Virus record (IMG/VR): IMGVR_UViG_3300005805_000068
Location: 1-64,000 of that record
Length of the DNA stretch: 64,000 nucleotides
Source of the DNA: a virus
Taxonomy: Duplodnaviria > Caudoviricetes
Direction: 5' to 3' (one strand)
Below are positions 58,410-64,000 of this stretch, piece by piece; positions within the stretch are counted from its first letter, which is position 1, and every line of letters begins with the position of its first letter. The position numbers and the translations under genes were made by a program. A model generated the notes under the pieces. The model ran no database searches, was not told the DNA's origin, and saw only the letters and a list, made by a program, of their open reading frames with translations.

Positions 58410-58773
58410 ACAAGATATAAGACCTGCTAAATTTATTTGGGTTACTTTTCAAAAGGAAGGTATTCATAAATATCCGGCAGCATTAGAAGATCCTAATCTA
58501 GCAGATGTTAGTTTCTTAGGATATCCACATAGACATATATTCCATTTTAAAGTATGGATCGGTGTTGAGCATAATGATCGAGATATTGAATTTATACAAT
58601 TTAAACGTTGGTTAGAATCATTATACAACGATGCTACATTAAGTTTAGACTATAAAAGTTGTGAAATGATGTCAGATGATTTGTATGAAAAGATTCACGA
58701 AAGATATTCAGATCGTGAGGTTTGGATTGAAGTAAGTGAAGACGGAGAGAACGGTTCGTTCATAAAATATTAA
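58396..58773 (+). CDS. Second T-fold QueD-like protein (DpdL-like, putative CDG decarboxylase)
   Basis: FLGYPHRHIFHF (LxxxHRHxF), DRDIEF, SCEMM, V.EDGENG; lacks the QueD CxxxHGH motif. Confidence 0.65.
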   Translation: MSIIRQDIRPAKFIWVTFQKEGIHKYPAALEDPNLADVSFLGYPHRHIFHFKVWIGVEHNDRDIEFIQFKRWLESLYNDATLSLDYKSCEMMSDDLYEKIHERYSDREVWIEVSEDGENGSFIKY

Positions 58774-59870
58774 TGTCTAAAATATTCTTAGTTGATCTAG
58801 AAGCAGTTGAATCGAGGTATACAGGACAATGGAAATTTCATGTACCTAATCTATTAAAGGAGAAAGGACACGACATTCATATCATCAGTGGACCCGCTGA
58901 TATTCCAAGTGCTACTACCCCTGGTGCTTTTCTTAATTTTGGTGGCACTAATATATACAAAGCCCGTCAAGTCGAGCAGATCGGAAGGTTGTTTTGCTCT
59001 GGTGCTGTCAAGCCTGGTGATCACTTTCTTTTTACTGATGCATGGCATCCTGGAATTATTAATCTAAAATATATGAGCGAGTTGCTTGGAATAAAAGTAA
59101 CCATTCATGCACTTTGGCATGCTGGTAGTTATGACCCACAAGATTTTTTAGGCAGATTGATTGGTAATGCTCCTTGGGTTAGAAATGCTGAAAAGAGTTT
59201 CTTTCATGCTATTGATCATAACTACTTTGCTACAGACTTCCATATTAAAATGTTCTTTGAAAATCTACTACAAAGTGGATTGATGTTAGAACATGCTTGG
59301 GCAGAAGAAGAATTTAAAGAACTACAAGAAGAAGGAAAGATTGTACGCACAGGATGGCCTATGGAATATATGTCAGACACGTTGCTTATGTATAAAAACA
59401 TGCCTAAGCGTGATTTAATTTTGTTCCCACATCGTATTGCACCAGAAAAACAGGTTGAGATTTTCCGTGATTTGAAAGAACATTTAACTCAATACGAATT
59501 TGTTATTTGTCAAGATCAACAACTTACAAAGAACGCATATCATAATTTGTTAGGTGAAGCAAAATTAGTATTCAGTGCTAACTTGCAAGAAACTTTAGGT
59601 ATTAGTATGTATGAAGGTAGTCTAGTAGATTCTATTCCTATGGTACCAGATCGTTTATCATATAAAGAAATGTTTGCAGACGTTTGGAAATATCCAAGTG
59701 AATGGACAGAATCTTGGGGAATGTATGTTAAACATCGAAAAGAACTATGTGATAAAATTATAGATTTTATGGAAAATTATAGAGAATATTCTAAATCTAT
59801 TCCACAACAATCACATAGTTTAAATGAGCACTTTTTTAGTTGCAAACCGCTTCTAGAGAAGTTAAAATAA
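58773..59870 (+). CDS. GT-B fold glycosyltransferase (GT4-like)
   Basis: WHAG, FPHRIAPEK, ETLGISMYEG (ExxGxxxxE), P.VPDRLSY.E. Confidence 0.75.
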   Translation: MSKIFLVDLEAVESRYTGQWKFHVPNLLKEKGHDIHIISGPADIPSATTPGAFLNFGGTNIYKARQVEQIGRLFCSGAVKPGDHFLFTDAWHPGIINLKYMSELLGIKVTIHALWHAGSYDPQDFLGRLIGNAPWVRNAEKSFFHAIDHNYFATDFHIKMFFENLLQSGLMLEHAWAEEEFKELQEEGKIVRTGWPMEYMSDTLLMYKNMPKRDLILFPHRIAPEKQVEIFRDLKEHLTQYEFVICQDQQLTKNAYHNLLGEAKLVFSANLQETLGISMYEGSLVDSIPMVPDRLSYKEMFADVWKYPSEWTESWGMYVKHRKELCDKIIDFMENYREYSKSIPQQSHSLNEHFFSCKPLLEKLK

Positions 59871-59877
59871 GTAATAC

Positions 59878-59903
59878 GCCAATCCACTGGCTTAACATCG
59901 GAG
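59878..59903 (+). ncRNA. Candidate mini-pseudoknot sequestering the folE SD
   Basis: P1 GCCA/TGGC, loop ATCCAC whose TCC can pair with GGA of the SD; linker TTAACATC. Confidence 0.35.
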
Positions 59904-59908
59904 ACAAA

Positions 59909-60607
59909 ATGTCAGAAAAGCATCTAAGCGAAGCCATTCGCGAACAAATGAAGCAACATGGTAAAAGATTCTGGGCAGGTGATAATATCTCAGAATATAT
60001 TACTAGTCCTCAAGATAAAGAAATCTTAATCAACGAAGCAACTATTGCATTTGAAAAGGTACTAGATACCTTGCTGATTGATCGAGAAAATGATCCAAAT
60101 TCAAAAGGTACAGCTCGTCGTCTTGCTAAAATGTATTTTAATGAAATCATGGCTGGTCGATACGAACCATCTCCTGATGCTACAAGTTTTCCTAATGATA
60201 CTGATGATCGATATGAAGGTATGCTCGTAGTACGTAGTGAACTTCGTAGCATGTGCAGTCATCATCATCAACCAGTCGCTGGAGTTGCTTATATTGGTAT
60301 TATTGCAGCTCAACATCTAATTGGATTATCTAAATATACACGTATCGCTCAATGGTGTGCTCGTCGTGGTACACTACAAGAAGAACTTGCCAACGATATT
60401 GCCCGTGAAATAATGAAAGCCACAGGTAGTGAGAATGTAGCAGTCTATATTCAAGCAACTCATGGTTGCTGTGAGAATCGTGGTATTATGGCACATAGTT
60501 CACTTACACAAACAACAGTGTTAAGAGGAGCATTTAAAGACGATCCAAATACTAAAAAAGAATTCTTTGATAACATTAAACTGCAACAAGAATTTGCTCC
60601 GAGATAA
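59909..60607 (+). CDS. folE: GTP cyclohydrolase I
   Basis: TARRLAKMY, SMCSHH, GLSKY.R, QEEL, HGCC..RG; GGAG SD before ATG 59909. Confidence 0.95.
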   Translation: MSEKHLSEAIREQMKQHGKRFWAGDNISEYITSPQDKEILINEATIAFEKVLDTLLIDRENDPNSKGTARRLAKMYFNEIMAGRYEPSPDATSFPNDTDDRYEGMLVVRSELRSMCSHHHQPVAGVAYIGIIAAQHLIGLSKYTRIAQWCARRGTLQEELANDIAREIMKATGSENVAVYIQATHGCCENRGIMAHSSLTQTTVLRGAFKDDPNTKKEFFDNIKLQQEFAPR

Positions 60608-60702
60608 TGAAACTTAAAGGTATAAACAAATATACTATTTTAATTTTGGCAATATTCTTATTGATATGTCTAATTACCATTCCTATATTAAAAATTTTAT
60701 GA
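60607..60702 (+). CDS. 31-aa single-TM peptide (not in ORF track)
   Basis: MKLKGINKYTILILAIFLLICLITIPILKIL; coupled at both ends (TAATG, ATGA). Confidence 0.5.
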   Translation: MKLKGINKYTILILAIFLLICLITIPILKIL

Positions 60703-61133
60703 TAATTCCCTTACGCGATGATCTAATGGTACAGGAACAACTACCAGCCACAAACCCATACATACGAGGATGGCAACATATGGTAGCAGTGATCATGCTC
60801 AACCAAACTGGTCGTATTCCTGTCAAACAGATCCTTCCTTTATTCCTGAGCAAGTGGCCTACTCCGCAACAATTTGCCGCTTTTGGCGAGGAACAAGCTG
60901 TCAAGGATATCATTTGGAGTCTAGGTATGATGAATGTAAGATATACTAGACTAAAGAGAATGACTCAGGACTACTTAATATGGGACATGAACGATGCTAC
61001 AAAATTATACGGTATTGGAAAATACGGTAGTGATAGTTATGAAATATTTTTCAAACATAATTACACCGTACATCCTACAGACAAAGAATTAATTAGATAT
61101 TTAGAGGAAATTTATGAACAAGCGTGTAGTTAG
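60699..61133 (+). CDS. HhH-GPD DNA glycosylase, MBD4-like
   Basis: W..MVAVIMLNQT, LYGIGKYGSDSYEIF, HPTD..L..Y parallel the MBD4 glycosylase domain, including the catalytic Asp. Confidence 0.8.
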   Translation: MIIPLRDDLMVQEQLPATNPYIRGWQHMVAVIMLNQTGRIPVKQILPLFLSKWPTPQQFAAFGEEQAVKDIIWSLGMMNVRYTRLKRMTQDYLIWDMNDATKLYGIGKYGSDSYEIFFKHNYTVHPTDKELIRYLEEIYEQACS

Positions 61134-61704
61134 TTGGAATGAGTATCAAGGACTAGTAGGAAAAATTGCCCGAGATATTGTTATTAGCGGATGGCGACCG
61201 GATTATATTGTAGGAATCACTAGAGGTGGTTGTTTACCTGCGGTAATGTTAAGTCATTATTTTGATGTGCCTTGCGAAACACTTAAAGTTAGTCTTCGCG
61301 ATCATTCATCAACTGAAAGTAATACTTGGATGGCTGAAGATGCGTTAGGATCTCAATCGAGAGAAAGATTTGTCGCAGATGAAAACGATATTGGTAGTAT
61401 ATTAGAAACCGCTAGCGGATTATTAGAAGAAGGCGGTAATTTTAAAAATATTCTAATTGTTGACGATATGAACGATAGTGGTGCTACTATTAATTGGATA
61501 ATCCAAGATTGGCAGGCTAGTTGTTTCCCTGGTGATCCTAGTTGGGAAGAGGTTTGGAATGGTAATGTAAAATTTGCTGTGTTGTTCGACAATTTAGGGT
61601 CTAACTGTAATGTTAAAATGGATTTTGTCGGGGAAGAAGTTAACAAAGAAGCAGAAAATAACATTTGGATTGATTTTCCGTATGAAGATTGGTGGGCAAA
61701 ATGA
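61114..61704 (+). CDS. Type I phosphoribosyltransferase (xanthine/guanine PRT-like)
   Basis: IVGITRGG..PA..LSH, LIVDDMNDSGAT (PRPP loop), WIDFPYE. Confidence 0.85.
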   Translation: MNKRVVSWNEYQGLVGKIARDIVISGWRPDYIVGITRGGCLPAVMLSHYFDVPCETLKVSLRDHSSTESNTWMAEDALGSQSRERFVADENDIGSILETASGLLEEGGNFKNILIVDDMNDSGATINWIIQDWQASCFPGDPSWEEVWNGNVKFAVLFDNLGSNCNVKMDFVGEEVNKEAENNIWIDFPYEDWWAK

Positions 61705-61916
61705 GTAAGATAAAAGTATATTGTACAGACAAAGATAAATTTGTTGATGCCGATGTTCTTAATATTCGTGAAGGTCAGTTTGTAGAAATAGCATTGAATA
61801 CTGTTAAGGTTCGATTAAATTACAATAAAAACGATTATGTTGGCAGTATGGCTGGTTTAGAATTTGTTCTTAAAGAAGATCAATTACCTCGCAATTATAG
61901 AGAATATACAAGATAA
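61701..61916 (+). CDS. Small hypothetical protein
   Basis: 71 aa from ATG 61701; coupled at both ends. Confidence 0.6.
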   Translation: MSKIKVYCTDKDKFVDADVLNIREGQFVEIALNTVKVRLNYNKNDYVGSMAGLEFVLKEDQLPRNYREYTR

Positions 61917-62734
61917 TGTCTAGAAGCATTTTTATAGGTGATAGTCACACATGTGGGTACTGGAGCCATCCTACTAAAAGAGGCCCAGGATCTTATACCT
62001 ATTGGAACGACAATAATTATGCTGAATCGTACGCTAAACAAAATAATAAACCAACAGCTATCTATTCAATGGCGGGCGTGACTAATCGAGTTTATACAGA
62101 TTGGTTGAAATCAATGTTTGAAAAATACGACGACATTGATGAAGTTTTTATTTGCCTTACAGCATTCAATAGATTTGTATTGGGATTTGATGATAAGTTA
62201 AGTGATGATGTAGCATCAGTAGATCATTTTAGTAAAAAGATGGAAAATTCAGACGGATTCATCGATCGATATTCAGATCTAACTGTTTCTGACAAACACA
62301 TACAGTTGTTCAATAAACCTACCTACGAAGATTACGATCAATTTCCCGGAATTGATCTCAACATGGATCAAGGATTAACCATCCCCGATCTTAGAAAAAA
62401 TACGTTTATGCAGGTTAAATTATTTTTTGAACTTAATACCTTTGTAGAAAAAAGAGATTTTTTGTTAAATGTCTATACTTGGGATAATATCTGTGCAGAT
62501 CATGGTGCTAAACTTTATCTATTTAATTTTACAGAACGATTGAGATTTCCAAAATCTTTTGAATATTATGGAAAGTTAAAGACTACGATTTTATCTCCGC
62601 TAACTGTTGAAAAATTTTTTAAAGATAAAAATATAGATCATAATAATTATCTTATAGAGGATAAAGAACATTACAATAAATTCTTTCATGATCTAATTGC
62701 TGAAAAATATATACCATGGCTGAAAAATCTTTAA
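61916..62734 (+). CDS. SGNH-like fold protein
   Basis: FIGDSHTCG block I, G..N, and C-terminal DKEHYN (DxxH). Confidence 0.55.
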   Translation: MSRSIFIGDSHTCGYWSHPTKRGPGSYTYWNDNNYAESYAKQNNKPTAIYSMAGVTNRVYTDWLKSMFEKYDDIDEVFICLTAFNRFVLGFDDKLSDDVASVDHFSKKMENSDGFIDRYSDLTVSDKHIQLFNKPTYEDYDQFPGIDLNMDQGLTIPDLRKNTFMQVKLFFELNTFVEKRDFLLNVYTWDNICADHGAKLYLFNFTERLRFPKSFEYYGKLKTTILSPLTVEKFFKDKNIDHNNYLIEDKEHYNKFFHDLIAEKYIPWLKNL

Positions 62735-63312
62735 AATTACTAATTGCCGGCGATAGTTTTGCAGCCAAATGGCCAACTAAAGAATCTAGTTGGGTAGATC
62801 TATTGTCTAGAAATTATATTGTTACAAACGTTGCGCAGGCCGGCGTTGGCGAATATAAAATTCTTAAACAAATACAAAGTGTAGATTTAAAAGAATTTGA
62901 CTGTATAATTGTAAATCATACCAGCCCTAGCAGATTACATACTCCAAATCATCCTGTGCATAAAGAGGGATTTCATAAAGATTGTGATTTAATAATCTCA
63001 GACCTATTAGAACACAATTCGTGGTTTAATAAAAGTTTAAAGACAGCTAAAGATTGGTTCGAATATCATTATGACGATGCCTATCAGATCGATATGTATA
63101 ATCTGATAAGAAAAGAAATTAATGACCTAATCGATATTCCCTATATCGCCACCGGACATCTAAAGATTGTTACTCGATTGTCTATAGAAAAAAATTATGT
63201 AGATTTTAGTAATTTCTGGGATTTAGAAAAAGGAAATGTTAATCATTACAATGAATTTGGTAATAGATATGTATACAAAAAAATAAACAAAAAATTGTGG
63301 GAAATAATTTGA
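62716..63312 (+). CDS. SGNH-like fold protein
   Basis: IAGDSFAA, NVAQAGVG, C-terminal NHYN..GN. Confidence 0.55.
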   Translation: MAEKSLKLLIAGDSFAAKWPTKESSWVDLLSRNYIVTNVAQAGVGEYKILKQIQSVDLKEFDCIIVNHTSPSRLHTPNHPVHKEGFHKDCDLIISDLLEHNSWFNKSLKTAKDWFEYHYDDAYQIDMYNLIRKEINDLIDIPYIATGHLKIVTRLSIEKNYVDFSNFWDLEKGNVNHYNEFGNRYVYKKINKKLWEII

Positions 63313-63530
63313 ACATTAGAAAATCTATTAAAATTTTCATATTGTCGCTATTATTTCTAGCGATTATTATCTATTATGAAACTCATACTGTTGTATATGA
63401 TTGCAGCATAGTTTTACTTCAGCCGGATACTCCAAAAGAAATATTGAAAGAATGTGAAAAATTAAAACAAGAAGAAATAAATGAAATGATAGATTGGTAC
63501 CACAACAACCGTGCTCTTATTAGAGTTTAG
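63297..63530 (+). CDS. Small membrane-anchored protein
   Basis: TM helix; YDC...P....KEC. Confidence 0.5.
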   Translation: MGNNLNIRKSIKIFILSLLFLAIIIYYETHTVVYDCSIVLLQPDTPKEILKECEKLKQEEINEMIDWYHNNRALIRV

Positions 63531-63531
63531 G

Positions 63532-63560
63532 TTGACTTTAATTAAAAACGAGTGTATAAT
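63532..63560 (+). promoter_or_regulatory. Sigma70 promoter for queE (leaderless)
   Basis: TTGACT-17 nt-TATAAT; ATG 5 nt later. Confidence 0.85.
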
Positions 63561-63565
63561 AAATT

Positions 63566-64000
63566 ATGAGCAAAATTAAAATAGCAGAATTATTTTATAG
63601 CATACAAGGCGAAGGACGTTACATGGGTGTACCGTCTGTTTTCTTACGTACATTTGGCTGTAACTTTAAGTGTGCTGGCTTTGGTATGCCAAAAGGAGTA
63701 TTAAGTGAAGAATACCTCACAGTGGATCCAGAAAATTATACTGAATATGGAGGACTTCCTCTCGTTAGTACAGGGTGTGATAGTTATGCTAGTTGGGATC
63801 CTCGCTTTAAGCATCTTAGTCCCCTTATGGATACTAGTGCTATTGCTGAAAAAATCGTTGAAACTCTTCCGTATAAAGAATGGAGAGACGAGCATCTAGT
63901 TATCACAGGCGGTGAGCCATTATTAGGATGGCAACGTGCTTACCCGGAATTATTGATGCATGATAAAATGCGATCATTAAAAGAACTTACGTTCGAAACA
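63566..64000 (+). CDS. queE: 7-carboxy-7-deazaguanine synthase (radical SAM), partial at the window edge; not in ORF track
   Basis: ELFYSIQGEG..MGVPSVFLRTFGCNFKC...GCDS, VITGGEP, TFET. Confidence 0.9.
   Translation, partial: MSKIKIAELFYSIQGEGRYMGVPSVFLRTFGCNFKCAGFGMPKGVLSEEYLTVDPENYTEYGGLPLVSTGCDSYASWDPRFKHLSPLMDTSAIAEKIVETLPYKEWRDEHLVITGGEPLLGWQRAYPELLMHDKMRSLKELTFET

Noticed and set aside
60661-60689. TTGATA-17-TATATT as a promoter for the glycosylase, and the ATG 60666 start
   Set aside because: It lies within a coupled 31-aa ORF in very AT-rich sequence, so a chance match is likely; coupling favours ATG 60699. Left unannotated.
1-64000. Eukaryotic giant virus (NCLDV) or archaeal origin suggested by RFC, PCNA-like, MBD4-like and PolB genes
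   Set aside because: SD sites, sigma70 and T4 late promoters, Rho-independent terminators, holin/endolysin/spanins and gp9-like proteins indicate a tailed bacteriophage.
1-64000. tRNA, rRNA or CRISPR array
   Set aside because: Intergenic gaps are almost all under 150 nt, and none shows a cloverleaf or regularly spaced identical repeats by eye; tRNAscan-SE would confirm.
1-64000. Stop-codon reassignment (seen in some large phages)
   Set aside because: Long intact ORFs and tight TAATG/ATGA coupling under the standard code leave no unexplained coding gaps.

Overview
This window is a gene-dense, AT-rich 64-kb segment of a large T4-like (myovirus-type) tailed bacteriophage. It reads in the standard code and is almost entirely on the + strand. 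The phage assignment rests on T4-type late promoters (TATAAATA/NTAAATA), sigma70 promoters, Shine-Dalgarno sites, gp9/gp10-like baseplate and fibre proteins, a family B polymerase with clamp and clamp loader, PhoH, and a holin/GH19 endolysin/two-spanin lysis cassette. The spanins and KdsA point to a Gram-negative, probably proteobacterial, host. Order along the window: sugar/pterin genes (glycosyltransferases, queD, kdsA); uvsE, SOD, iscU, iscA; a ~20-kb baseplate/tail-fibre block with an embedded fatty-acid desaturase; a truncated DnaE fragment, GroES-like, MazG-like, a PBP-type peptidase, a cytidylyltransferase and RFC; phoH; lysis genes; dnaJ-def-clpA; a cluster of small modular proteins whose N-termini resemble the T4 capsid-targeting sequence; polB and clamp; and a 7-deazaguanine DNA-modification cluster (TGT/DpdA-like, second T-fold QueD-like protein, GT-B glycosyltransferase, folE, MBD4-like glycosylase, PRTase, queE cut by the window edge). 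The most striking observations are: (i) H-type pseudoknots resembling preQ1-I riboswitches in the leaders of queD and possibly folE, i.e. candidate phage-encoded riboswitches controlling a DNA-modification pathway; (ii) a deazaguanine cluster with extra glycosylation, repair and salvage enzymes; (iii) enzymes apparently tagged for packaging into the capsid; (iv) twin 5-bp/8-nt hairpins upstream of polB resembling the T4 gp43 autogenous operator. I saw no tRNA, rRNA, CRISPR array, intein or transposase. All assignments come from motif recognition by eye; no database searches were run.
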